The notes under the pieces: generated by a model
Database searches by the model: none
Seen by the model: only the letters and a program-made list of their open reading frames with translations
Told to the model about the DNA's origin: nothing
Part shown: in pieces, positions 9,278 through 17,984 of the stretch
Layout of the letters: each line of letters starts with the position of its first letter
How positions within the stretch are numbered: the first letter of the stretch is position 1
Source: a virus
Taxonomy: Duplodnaviria; Caudoviricetes
Direction: 5' to 3' (one strand)
Virus record (IMG/VR): IMGVR_UViG_3300024433_000007
Location: 1 to 54,491 of that record
Length of the DNA stretch: 54,491 bases
Translations under genes and position numbers: made by a program

Positions 9278-9309
9278 GACTTGACAAGTCTATTTGAAAA
9301 TGTTAGTAT
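9278..9309 (+). promoter_or_regulatory. Strong sigma70 early promoter with overlapping palindrome
   Basis: TTGACA-N17-TAGTAT with extended -10 TG; GACTTG-A-CAAGTC palindrome over the -35. Confidence 0.8.
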
Positions 9310-9369
9310 CCCCATAGCGGTTGATGGAGATATAAGTAAAATCAGGATCAACGTTTAAAGGAGAATGAC

Positions 9370-9549
9370 ATAGAAAACTCAATTTCAGGATTACTGCTTA
9401 AGAAAGCAGAACAGTATCGAATCGACCTAATTTGGCGTGGCAAGTTGAAGGTCGATGAAGAATATCTCGTACAGTTTAGAATGCACACAGAGCAAATAGT
9501 ATTCTACAGAGAAGAAGGAGAAGAACTTATAGAATCATTTAACTTTTAG
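9370..9549 (+). CDS. First early gene with ATA (mutated or non-canonical) start
   Basis: AAAGGAG RBS then ATA GAA AAC..., 59 open codons ending in TAG at the next RBS. Confidence 0.5.
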   Translation: MENSISGLLLKKAEQYRIDLIWRGKLKVDEEYLVQFRMHTEQIVFYREEGEELIESFNF

Positions 9550-9558
9550 GAGGATAAC

Positions 9559-10107
9559 ATGGCAAGACCGAAAGGAACAAACAAGAATGTAAGAATCAAA
9601 GAAGTTGGTGATTTTTTAGAGCATCACCAAAAGATGGATAAGGCTATGGACAGGATCGGAAAGCCCAGATCAAAGCATTCCGATCCAATAGACGCAATCA
9701 AGATTTTTGACAAAGCCCTGCAAGCAGGTACAGATGCCCTCAAAGCCTGCATACCCACTCCGATGGTCGTTCAATTACACAAAGACGTAACTGATGACCA
9801 TTCAGATGTCATCAAATCCTACCACATTTCAGACGGAGTATGTGGCTTCGCCTGGATCAACATTAAACTCACAAATATACCATCCAGACAATTTATCAAT
9901 GCCTTAAAAAAGGCAAAATTAGCGACCGCTGACATCAATTCATTCAATCATGAGCCCTTTAAAAAAAGTTTATATTATGGAGGATACATGTATTGGATTC
10001 ATCAAGGCAACCAAAGCATGCAAAAGAAAGAAGCATTTGCACGTGCATTCGCAGCTGTTTTGATCAATGAGGGAATTAAGGTCCGGACAGGATCAAGGAT
10101 GGATTAA
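9559..10107 (+). CDS. Hypothetical early protein
   Basis: 182 aa, AGGAGG RBS, GVCGFAW motif. Confidence 0.8.
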   Translation: MARPKGTNKNVRIKEVGDFLEHHQKMDKAMDRIGKPRSKHSDPIDAIKIFDKALQAGTDALKACIPTPMVVQLHKDVTDDHSDVIKSYHISDGVCGFAWINIKLTNIPSRQFINALKKAKLATADINSFNHEPFKKSLYYGGYMYWIHQGNQSMQKKEAFARAFAAVLINEGIKVRTGSRMD

Positions 10108-10135
10108 ACATTTAACCAAGTAGGAGAGCAGAGTT

Positions 10136-10324
10136 ATGAATAAAGAAGAAAGATGTGAAACATGCCACTTTCATGATGGTGTTTTCTGCCGCAAGAATGC
10201 TCCACTTCCGCTTCTCACTTTTAGAGATGTTATGCACGAAGAGAATTGGAGACCTACCGCATGGTGGCCTGAAACTGGAATAGAAGAATGGTGCGGAGAA
10301 TATAGGAAGAAATCGGATGATTAA
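10136..10324 (+). CDS. Small Cys-rich hypothetical protein
   Basis: CETCHF..C..WP....WCGEY pattern. Confidence 0.7.
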   Translation: MNKEERCETCHFHDGVFCRKNAPLPLLTFRDVMHEENWRPTAWWPETGIEEWCGEYRKKSDD

Positions 10325-10370
10325 TCCTTGACAATGCCTCCTGTCGTCGGAGGTATTAATGAAGGATTAA
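10321..10370 (+). other. Long intergenic hairpin (possible RNA processing site)
   Basis: TTAATCCTT..AATGCCTCC / GGAGGTATT..AAGGATTAA inverted repeat with no U-tract. Confidence 0.55.
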
Positions 10371-10391
10371 CCTAAAACGTAGGAAGATAGA

Positions 10392-10577
10392 ATGAGATTC
10401 ATATACAGTACAGAGGAATGTATTGGTAAATATTCAACAATGAAAGATGCAGAGAAGTTAGCAGAATCAGAAACGAAACGAACAGGCCGAATGCATCATC
10501 CGTTTCTGACACATTACCATTGTCCTTACGGATTTGAGGATATAATACATTGGACTATTATAGTAAGTAGAATATAA
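10392..10577 (+). CDS. Hypothetical protein
   Basis: ORF with RBS in the early operon. Confidence 0.6.
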   Translation: MRFIYSTEECIGKYSTMKDAEKLAESETKRTGRMHHPFLTHYHCPYGFEDIIHWTIIVSRI

Positions 10578-10604
10578 TTAACATTTAATAAGGAGGATAG
10601 AACA

Positions 10605-10802
10605 ATGCAAAAAAAGATTAAGAATGCTGCGGAAATATTCGCAGACCATGTGCTCAAGATGAAAACATGGTGGATAGTTAAAGTACATGGATACAATCCA
10701 ATAATAACGGTTGTAAATTTAGGGCAGTTTTATCAAAATGCAATCGGGCCTTACTTCAGCTACAAAGAGGCAATGCAAGTGCTCCACAGATGGAGCAAGT
10801 GA
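10605..10802 (+). CDS. Hypothetical protein
   Basis: AAGGAGG RBS. Confidence 0.7.
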   Translation: MQKKIKNAAEIFADHVLKMKTWWIVKVHGYNPIITVVNLGQFYQNAIGPYFSYKEAMQVLHRWSK

Positions 10803-10824
10803 CAATTTAACTTAGGAGGATAAA

Positions 10825-11409
10825 ATGATACTTACAGGCAAAGCAGCCAAATTCGCAGAGAACGTGGAAGATCTTGAAGAAAGGCTGAATCCACCGGAAC
10901 AGCAAGAATTTACTGAAGGTGAGCAGATAGCATTTTTTACGTTCAATAAAATGTTCTCAAAGGATGATACGTTTAGGAAAGTAATGGTAAGTGTTATACA
11001 GTTGTACTCAACAGCATACACCAGAAAGTTTTTAGGAGGTATCAACTTTAGCAAATCTATTAAACCTTTAAAGGAGGATAAAATGCAATACAAAATAAAA
11101 TCATGGATTCCTTGTGAAGAGGAAGAACCTCAATTCTATCCATCTCTGGAAGCTGCCAGAAGAGATCTTCAAGAACTTAAAGGAATGCAACCAGAAAATC
11201 ACTATGAGATTCATGCTGTCGAAGGTAGCCAAGAAGTTGAATGCTTCTTTTGTGGAAAGAAAGAAAAGATGTCTGTCGCTCAGGATACTTGGATCGCCTC
11301 TTTCTGGCACAACGAGTTTGTCAAAGAAGAAGGACCAGCATGCGAAGTCTGCTCCAAAAGACTCGTAGTTGATCCAAGTGGCGAATACTTTTTACCATTA
11401 GGAAGATAA
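10825..11409 (+). CDS. Hypothetical protein; probably two in-frame units (second start 11083, CxxC..CxxC)
   Basis: Internal AAGGAGGATAAAATG in frame. Confidence 0.65.
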   Translation: MILTGKAAKFAENVEDLEERLNPPEQQEFTEGEQIAFFTFNKMFSKDDTFRKVMVSVIQLYSTAYTRKFLGGINFSKSIKPLKEDKMQYKIKSWIPCEEEEPQFYPSLEAARRDLQELKGMQPENHYEIHAVEGSQEVECFFCGKKEKMSVAQDTWIASFWHNEFVKEEGPACEVCSKRLVVDPSGEYFLPLGR

Positions 11410-11410
11410 C

Positions 11411-11548
11411 ATGCCAAAAAGTAAAGAAACTAAAAGAGAAGAAGCAGCTAAAAGGCAAGAATATTATAACGGTTTAACAACAAAACAGAAAATCAAAAAA
11501 CTTGGCGAGCATAAAGCATCCAAGCAAAGGAAGAAGTTAGGAGGATAA
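11411..11548 (+). CDS. Small basic protein
   Basis: 45 aa MPKSKETKREEAAKRQ..., fills the gap between neighbours. Confidence 0.6.
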   Translation: MPKSKETKREEAAKRQEYYNGLTTKQKIKKLGEHKASKQRKKLGG

Positions 11549-11549
11549 A

Positions 11550-11984
11550 ATGGTAATAAGATATAAAGTAACAAAAAGTAGAAGAAGTTATCCAGGAAAT
11601 ATACATCCTTTAAACTATCCTAAAGATGAAACAGTCATGTCGCCAAATGGATTTGGAATTTTTGTATACAAAAGAAGAAAGGATGCTGAAGATTATCTAC
11701 AACACTCTACAAAAAATGCAGGCTACACTCAAAGAGAGAGATCAAGAATTTTCCAGATTCTCAGAGTAAAAACCATCGGAAAAGGTAAAAAACTAACACT
11801 TTGTCCAACTGCGGATGAGTTTTCTAAAGGTATTGAGGTAGATAAAATTCTACGTTTATCGAGGAGGTATAGATATTATCCCCTTTTGTGCATTGCAGGG
11901 ACAGTTAGTGAACGTAAAGGTACAAAAGTATAGCTATGCGCTCCAGGCACAATGGTTTATCCTGGAGTTAAGGTGCTAACATAG
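11550..11984 (+). CDS. Hypothetical protein, apparently with a premature TAG at 11931
   Basis: Frame continues past the TAG as LCAPGTMVYPGVKVLT* up to the next RBS. Confidence 0.5.
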
Positions 11985-12242
11985 ACAAGAAGGAGGATAA
12001 CATGTTCTACGCAATATTAGCAATTTGTTTATTAGTATGCATTATAGACCCCTTCATAGTCGGACTGTGTGCAATAAACAAAAGGAAGGAGATGAAAGAT
12101 GATCTTTCTTGCTTTGATAATGACCATTTTAACTCTACACTGGATGTGTAAAAATCCTACGTTAATCAGACTTTTAGGGGGATTGGGGATGACGTTCATG
12201 GATTTAATCGTTGTAGGACAAACTTTAGATTAGGAGGATAAA

Positions 12243-12419
12243 ATGGATAAAGTAAAAGTTTTTGAGATAACTTGCAAAGGTTGCAGAAGCCACAATGTAG
12301 AGATCAAAGCTACTGCTGTCGAGTATGGAGCAAGAGTAAGATGCAAGCTGCATTGTAAAGATTGCGGAATAGTTGGAGAACTTGACAAAAACGAAGTTTC
12401 GATATCTATAGAGGGATAA
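12243..12419 (+). CDS. Small zinc-ribbon protein
   Basis: CKGC..CKDCG; AGGAGGATAAAATG RBS. Confidence 0.7.
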   Translation: MDKVKVFEITCKGCRSHNVEIKATAVEYGARVRCKLHCKDCGIVGELDKNEVSISIEG

Positions 12420-12420
12420 A

Positions 12421-12657
12421 ATGAGCTATAAATATAATAAAAAGTGGAGATTATTACATACTAAGCTCCGGAATGAAGAAAGAAAAAGGTACTACGCCCG
12501 ATTTCGTTATCCCAATATAAGACGTAGACGGTGGAGCATTGAGGATAGTGATCTTATTATCATGTCCAATCTCAAGGATAGGATTCTTTCTATTATTCTC
12601 GAACGTTCCGTTCAGGCGATACAGGTGAAACGATGCAGTTTAATGAAAACATTTTAG
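12421..12657 (+). CDS. Small basic putative DNA-binding protein
   Basis: RRRWSIEDSDLI..LSIILERSVQAIQVKR HTH-like pattern. Confidence 0.55.
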   Translation: MSYKYNKKWRLLHTKLRNEERKRYYARFRYPNIRRRRWSIEDSDLIIMSNLKDRILSIILERSVQAIQVKRCSLMKTF

Positions 12658-12669
12658 GAGGATAAGGAT

Positions 12670-12897
12670 ATGGAGAAAAAATTTCGTGTATGGAAAAACA
12701 GCACGGGCATGATGTTTATAGAATGGACAGAACTTCATAGTTCAGTGATTGATCCTAATGAGCCAGATAATGTAGAAACCTTTGCAAACATAATTGGGAC
12801 AACAGCTAAGGATATACGTTCTGCTATAGAAGTGTATGAAGAAAGCGAGAAGAGAAAAATACAGGCATATAATGATATGTTCGCAAGGAAAGGATAA
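12670..12897 (+). CDS. Hypothetical protein
   Basis: RBS and ORF. Confidence 0.7.
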   Translation: MEKKFRVWKNSTGMMFIEWTELHSSVIDPNEPDNVETFANIIGTTAKDIRSAIEVYEESEKRKIQAYNDMFARKG

Positions 12898-12898
12898 A

Positions 12899-13102
12899 AT
12901 GCCCCAATCAGAACAACAATTTAAGTACATCGGCGATTGTGAAGAATGCGGGGCAGCATGCTATTCAGATGGTGAAGAGTTCCGATCTACGAGTAACTTG
13001 CCAGGATGTTTGTGCTGGGTGAAGGGATATGGAGAAGATGCCGATAGAGGAATGATAGGTGATGATGTTGATTTTGGTTTAGAAGATATAGGCAATAAAT
13101 AG
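12899..13102 (+). CDS. Small Cys-rich acidic protein
   Basis: AAGGATAAAATG start, CEECG. Confidence 0.6.
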   Translation: MPQSEQQFKYIGDCEECGAACYSDGEEFRSTSNLPGCLCWVKGYGEDADRGMIGDDVDFGLEDIGNK

Positions 13103-13119
13103 AAGGATTACAAAATAAA

Positions 13120-13554
13120 ATGGTAAAATTGTTTATAGATCAGAAAAAAGATTGTGAAGAGAATGAGACAAGGTACGAGAAAGGCATGATGGATATGGTA
13201 AGCCATCGAATGAGCATTCCTTACACTTGGATGTGCAAACGCTATGGAGGTCTTTGTATGTCCTGGAAGTGTCTTGATGAAAGACGTGAAATAAAAATAG
13301 AGGAGGATAAAATGGAATATTCAGAAACGACTGCGGAGGATGTATATTCTGTCTTTCGCACGATCATAGCTCAACAACTACCGAGAACCAGAGCATTCGA
13401 GCTTGCCCATGCGTATGCAAGGGTAGGATTGGAACTATCAGCAGATCACTTAAGAACTCATGTACTCTATTTGTTAGCAAATCTTCAAGAATGGAGAGGT
13501 GTCGAAGCAAGAGAATGCAAAAGGATTTTGGGGAATTTTATCAGTAAAGCATAA
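13120..13554 (+). CDS. Hypothetical protein (in-frame second start at 13312)
   Basis: Internal GAGGAGGATAAAATG. Confidence 0.6.
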   Translation: MVKLFIDQKKDCEENETRYEKGMMDMVSHRMSIPYTWMCKRYGGLCMSWKCLDERREIKIEEDKMEYSETTAEDVYSVFRTIIAQQLPRTRAFELAHAYARVGLELSADHLRTHVLYLLANLQEWRGVEARECKRILGNFISKA

Positions 13555-13585
13555 AGGATTAACTTAACATAAAGGAGAAAGGACT

Positions 13586-14095
13586 ATGAAAATCATCGAG
13601 GCATTGAAACAAGTGAAGGATCTCCAAAGGAAGGCAGATGATCTGAAAATTTTAGTTAAAAATCACTGTGCCATCTCCTCATTGGAGACGGAGAAATATC
13701 CAGATCAGAAAAGGCAGGTGTCGGAATGGATACAGGCTCATTCAGATATATTGAAGGAGATTCTGAGACTTCGGATAGCCATCCAAAAGACGAATCTTGC
13801 TCATGAGGTTATAATCGGGCTTGGTGGAAAGCAGGTAACTAAGACGATAGCTGAGTTGATACATAGAAGAAGAGATCTGGCAAGGGAGGAATTATCCATG
13901 TGGGACGTTTTGGGAGATCGGGGCGTTAAGGAAGGCATGGGCACAGGGCCGACAGGTGACAAAATCGAGATCAAGATAAATAGATTCTACGATCCTGTCG
14001 AACGGGACAACAAAAAGGATCTTTTTGGAAGTGAGCCTTCCATTGTAGATTCGAAGCTTGAAGTAGTTAATGCGGTGACGGATCTTATCGAATAG
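13586..14095 (+). CDS. DIP1984-like coiled-coil protein
   Basis: MKIIEAL..KDLQRK..I.KTN..TIAE...RR..D.KL...NA.TDLIE matches the family pattern MKLAEAL..INRTN..N..TEL (recognised by eye). Confidence 0.7.
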   Translation: MKIIEALKQVKDLQRKADDLKILVKNHCAISSLETEKYPDQKRQVSEWIQAHSDILKEILRLRIAIQKTNLAHEVIIGLGGKQVTKTIAELIHRRRDLAREELSMWDVLGDRGVKEGMGTGPTGDKIEIKINRFYDPVERDNKKDLFGSEPSIVDSKLEVVNAVTDLIE

Positions 14096-14115
14096 AATAA
14101 TTGTTCTTTGAAAAC

Positions 14116-14422
14116 TTATCCTACAAGCAGAGATAAAAACTGGCAAAGGAGACGTGATTCATAGACGATACATATGATAACGCTATGCAAATAGCACTGG
14201 AATGCTAATCCAGCTAAGAATGCTCGGCTATGGTCGAGCTGAATCTCAAGGCAGCAAGGATCAAGCGTAAAGGCAGCAAGATTCAGGACATTCAAGGCAG
14301 AACGGTGCAAGGTAGTAAGGCAGAATCTCGATGCGAAAGCGGAGAGAATGTCCTAACAAAAGTTATGTTTTTCTCTTGTAGTTCATCCAGAAGCTCGTTA
14401 GGCTTCCTGTTTGGGAGGATAA
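14116..14422 (+). ncRNA. Putative ~300-nt structured ncRNA with an internal (N)AAG repeat tract
   Basis: Closing stem 14116-14130/14407-14422; hairpins GCTAT-GCAA-ATAGC, CTGGA/TCCAG, GCTCGGC/GTCGAGC, TCTC..GC-GAAA-GC..GAGA; ten 7-9-nt repeat units. Confidence 0.65.
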
Positions 14423-14423
14423 A

Positions 14424-14470
14424 TAATTATTTATCCTGCTACTTTTGAGGGTGGCAGGAATAAGTAATTA
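14424..14470 (+). other. Long hairpin after the putative ncRNA (processing/termination)
   Basis: TAATTA-TTTAT-CCTGCTAC / GTGGCAGG-A-ATAAG-TAATTA. Confidence 0.55.
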
Positions 14471-14479
14471 AACCTTTAA

Positions 14480-14701
14480 ATGGAGAATAAAATGACAAAA
14501 TTTAGTAAGAAGCATTACAAACTGTTGGCAGAAGTTTTGAAGAAAAGGGTCGAAGAAATACGAGGAATGCACATGACCTCAGAAAACATAGGAGCAATGA
14601 AAGAGGTGCATAAAATCTTTGATACATTAAGTAATCTCTTCAAGGCAGATAACAAGAAATTCGATCCAGAAAAATTCAAAAAGGAAGTCTGTGGAGGATG
14701 A
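14480..14701 (+). CDS. Hypothetical protein
   Basis: FSKKHYKLLAEVL..LFKADNKKFDPEKF pattern; real start may be 14492. Confidence 0.75.
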   Translation: MENKMTKFSKKHYKLLAEVLKKRVEEIRGMHMTSENIGAMKEVHKIFDTLSNLFKADNKKFDPEKFKKEVCGG

Positions 14702-14702
14702 T

Positions 14703-14900
14703 ATGAATTCAGGAAAAGCAAAGCGCATTCGCAAAAAGGTTTATGGCGAGATGTCGAGCAAGAATCCTCAATACAAGGCAGAGGATCATGTTTCGCTTGT
14801 CAAGGTAAAGGATAAGCTCAAAAGAGTAAAAACGAGTACCATTAGTTGTATTGGCCTGAGAGCAGAATATTTAAAAGCCAAAAAGGAGGCAATATTATGA
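14703..14900 (+). CDS. Small basic protein
   Basis: MNSGKAKRIRK start with GGAGG RBS. Confidence 0.7.
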   Translation: MNSGKAKRIRKKVYGEMSSKNPQYKAEDHVSLVKVKDKLKRVKTSTISCIGLRAEYLKAKKEAIL

Positions 14901-15058
14901 AACTAACTAAGCCTGCATCTGTCTTTATGCAAATAGTAGGTGCTTTGTTCATTATAGCGGGATTCAATCCTCCTATCAACTACATTGCAATTTTCTTCGG
15001 TATAGGATTTGTAGTTGTCGGAGGAAGGGCTATACGTGATAGACTTGAAAAGGACTGA
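14897..15058 (+). CDS. Two-TM membrane protein
   Basis: Two hydrophobic helices, AAGGAGG RBS. Confidence 0.7.
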   Translation: MKLTKPASVFMQIVGALFIIAGFNPPINYIAIFFGIGFVVVGGRAIRDRLEKD

Positions 15059-15061
15059 TGT

Positions 15062-15212
15062 TGTAGACGTGCTACAGCTGACCATCACGTGTGGATTCGT
15101 CTAACTAACAGTTGTATTCGAATCCCAAAAAGGTCGCTGCGGCTGAGGCATCGGGAGATAATTTGACCGCATTCAGCAAATACTGATCTTGTGAGCAGAA
15201 ACTCCCGATGTC
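15062..15212 (+). other. Structured intergenic RNA element upstream of HNH gene
   Basis: Stems TGTAG/CTACA, GACC/GGTC, GGATTCG/CGAATCC, GGCATCGGGAG/CTCCCGATGTC. Confidence 0.5.
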
Positions 15213-15241
15213 CTTACTATCATATTCTAAGGAGATATAGA

Positions 15242-15763
15242 ATGGAACGAACAGAAAAAGAGATCTGGAAACCAATTAAAGATTTTCCTGATTATGAAGT
15301 ATCTAATTTAGGAAGAATAAAATCTTACAAAAGAGTTGCTCCTTGGAAAGATCCTCTCATTTCGGATGGATCTATAAGTAAAGAGGGATATTATAGAGTT
15401 ACACTTTTTAGACAGAGTAAACCATCCCATTTTCTTGTACACCGTCTTGTCTTGGAGACTTTTGTCGGACCATGCCCTTTGGGATGTCAAACGAATCATA
15501 AAAACGGCATTAAGATAGATAACAGACTTAAGAATTTAGAGTGGGTCACATTCGGCGATAATATAGAACATGCCTATCGAATTGGTCTGAAAACTAATAG
15601 AGGTATCATGAATTCCAATGCGAAGTTACGAAATGAGGATGTTTTAGAGATACGAAGATTAGCTAAGAAGGGTATTAAAAAGACTATAATCGCCGAAATG
15701 TTCAAGATAAGTTCAGAGAATGTATATACAATAGCGTATCAATTAAGTTGGAGACATATATGA
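15242..15763 (+). CDS. NUMOD4-HNH homing endonuclease
   Basis: EIWKPI..YEVSNLGRIKS (NUMOD4); VHRLV..NHKNGIKIDNRLKNLEW (HNH); C-terminal HTH. Confidence 0.92.
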   Translation: MERTEKEIWKPIKDFPDYEVSNLGRIKSYKRVAPWKDPLISDGSISKEGYYRVTLFRQSKPSHFLVHRLVLETFVGPCPLGCQTNHKNGIKIDNRLKNLEWVTFGDNIEHAYRIGLKTNRGIMNSNAKLRNEDVLEIRRLAKKGIKKTIIAEMFKISSENVYTIAYQLSWRHI

Positions 15764-15784
15764 ATACATGAAAGGAGGATAAAA

Positions 15785-16000
15785 ATGAAACGTAGAAAAA
15801 GATCCAAAAGCAAGCCCATCCGATGGGAAGGCAACTATAGAACGATCCAGGATTCAGGATACATATCAGACAACATTCTGGAGCACCTTCTGTCGAATGC
15901 TCGCAAGGTCGCATTGTTGATTCCAGTCTTGGAGGCTTTTAAGATGAAGATTGGAGAGTTCGGAGGAAGATTGACAGTAATCTCTAAAGCAGGAGGATAA
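15785..16000 (+). CDS. Hypothetical protein
   Basis: AGGAGGATAAAAATG RBS. Confidence 0.65.
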   Translation: MKRRKRSKSKPIRWEGNYRTIQDSGYISDNILEHLLSNARKVALLIPVLEAFKMKIGEFGGRLTVISKAGG

Positions 16001-16001
16001 A

Positions 16002-16193
16002 ATGAAAGCAGTATTTACGCTAAAGTACGATTGTAAACACTCTCGCAGATATGGAACTGACGATGAGGAATTTCCAATCAAAGATGTTTATGTCCAGCGT
16101 CCGTTTTCGGACGGAAAGGACAAGATTGAGATTGAAGTAACTGTTCCATCCACTAAGCCGAATGCGGCTGTGATTCATGGGGATGAATTATAG
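16002..16193 (+). CDS. Hypothetical protein
   Basis: AGGAGGATAAAATG RBS. Confidence 0.7.
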   Translation: MKAVFTLKYDCKHSRRYGTDDEEFPIKDVYVQRPFSDGKDKIEIEVTVPSTKPNAAVIHGDEL

Positions 16194-16586
16194 TTTGATG
16201 AAAGATTATATAGAAACATGGATTGTTTTAGAAGAAGTAGATAGGCTAACTCTTAAATGTAAATGTAAATTATGCGGTCAAGAGTTTACAGCTGATGGAC
16301 TTGAGCATATAAATGTCAAGATGCATTGGCATCCTAAATCTAATCAAGACTGTTAGATGCCTCAATGTCCAAATGAATGTAGTCAGACGATGTCTACTAA
16401 TAAGGAGAAAGATTAAATGAACCGATCCTTCAATAAAGATCATATCCGCTGTCGTGGAGAGAAGCCATGTTCTCTCATTCTAAGCGGCCATTGGAGGATA
16501 TAGATCTTGCCTTCGATCCTGTTTGTTTATCCTCCGCAGGAGAGAAGGCATTGGAGGATCACCTTAAGAGTTGAAAGGAGAACAAT

Positions 16587-16799
16587 ATGGAAATCATACA
16601 ATTTGAAGGCGGAAGGAGGCCCGCATCGTACCTTGGAGACGGGGTTTATGCTATCTTTGATGGATACGGAATTTGGCTCCATGCAAACGATCATGAGCAT
16701 CCTACTGATAGAGTATATCTTGAGCCTTCCGTTTATCAGGCATTGATCAACTTTGAGAAGGAATCTAAAAGTGAGGAGGTAATAAAGTTATGTCAATAA
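16587..16799 (+). CDS. Hypothetical protein
   Basis: YLGDGVYAIFDGYGIWL..VYLEP motif; AAGGAG RBS. Confidence 0.75.
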   Translation: MEIIQFEGGRRPASYLGDGVYAIFDGYGIWLHANDHEHPTDRVYLEPSVYQALINFEKESKSEEVIKLCQ

Positions 16800-17054
16800 C
16801 AGAAAGAACTTTAAGGAAATGGAGGAAGGAAGCACTTAGACTTGGAAAGGATGCACAGGATAGTCTTCCTAACGGGGATGCAAAGAGTGTAGCCATCGAG
16901 ATAAACAGTCGCATCCTCAAAATGACTCAAGAGCTTCTCGATCAGCACCTTTTGAGGAGGAAGAAATAGATATATTTCTGTTCGTTGTCGGAGTACTTGC
17001 AGCAGCATCGTTTGGTGTTATTGTTACGGTTTTAATTGCAAATGAGGAGGATGA

Positions 17055-17252
17055 ATGAGATTTCGAGGAACATTTACATGGATGGGGATGTCCTACACAC
17101 TCTATACAGAAACAACAAATCGTACTAGGGCATTCAACAACTTTCTGCATCAAATAGCGAAGAAGGTAGGTTATTCGTATCAATACGTTTTTCGTTATTT
17201 TATGAGTGGGAAGGATAATTACTTAATTGAGGAAGTAAAAAGTGACGGATAA
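17055..17252 (+). CDS. Hypothetical protein
   Basis: GAGGAGG RBS. Confidence 0.65.
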   Translation: MRFRGTFTWMGMSYTLYTETTNRTRAFNNFLHQIAKKVGYSYQYVFRYFMSGKDNYLIEEVKSDG

Positions 17253-17463
17253 AATAAGATTTGGACAATCTTTTTCTATCAAGGCCGATGGACCAGCTTC
17301 ATGTGGCAAGTCTACTTTCCTATATGCTATAAAGGATGCAGTAATAAAGCTCAATCTTCCATTTGCTGTCGAGCAAGTGGGAGATCATATCCTTAACATT
17401 AGATGTATAGAAATTAGAAAGGAGAATAAAAAATGCAAGGAGCAAGAGAATACGCAAAATTAA
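17242..17463 (+). CDS. Small protein containing an isolated P-loop
   Basis: DGPASCGKST Walker A, too short for a full kinase. Confidence 0.5.
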   Translation: MTDKIRFGQSFSIKADGPASCGKSTFLYAIKDAVIKLNLPFAVEQVGDHILNIRCIEIRKENKKCKEQENTQN

Positions 17464-17813
17464 TACCAACAGGTCAGTATGGAAGGCTGTATTGCACAAG
17501 TGGTACGCATGCGAGAGGCAGAACATTTCGTATACAAGTATTACCTAAAGGCGAAAAAGCGATAGAAAATGGACCAAGTAATCTGTGTATCAATGAAGAT
17601 GCAGTTGAAGTCTATGGAATTATAGGAGGTAATCCTGGATGGTCCGAGTGGTATGGTTGGCTACACTTAGGAAAGTGGCAAGATGATTTTATGGTTTTGG
17701 TTAACTCCAAAAAAAGAGAATATGAGCAGAAGAAGGCAGAGGAAGAAAAACAAAAGACGGATGCACATATGAAAGAAGCAGATAGAGAAGCAAGATTATT
17801 GAGTAATTATTAG
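17433..17813 (+). CDS. Hypothetical protein
   Basis: AAGGAG RBS, 126 aa. Confidence 0.75.
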   Translation: MQGAREYAKLIPTGQYGRLYCTSGTHARGRTFRIQVLPKGEKAIENGPSNLCINEDAVEVYGIIGGNPGWSEWYGWLHLGKWQDDFMVLVNSKKREYEQKKAEEEKQKTDAHMKEADREARLLSNY

Positions 17814-17984
17814 GAGGATAAAAATGGATGAACCAACTTATGATGAAATACAGCAGGTAAAAGAAGGTGTTTGTGATGGATGTAAAGGCTTATTCACCTT
17901 GCATGAAACAGGATGCTATGAACGATGCAAGCCGTTTCAGGAGGAATTAAAAGAAATGAAGGAACTGTCGGAAGGAGGATAAAA

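Noticed and set aside
14351-14403. TCCTAAC...GTTAGGC resembling an attC
   Set aside because: No inner L-box palindrome; better explained as a stem of the putative ncRNA.
14230-14448. 72-aa ORF over the repeat tract
   Set aside because: No RBS, ATG lies in a hairpin loop, and repeat units are not multiples of three.
15147-15212. Hammerhead ribozyme (CTGA..GAAAC inside a stem)
   Set aside because: Core reads CTGATCT rather than CUGANGA, and no NUH triplet is correctly placed.
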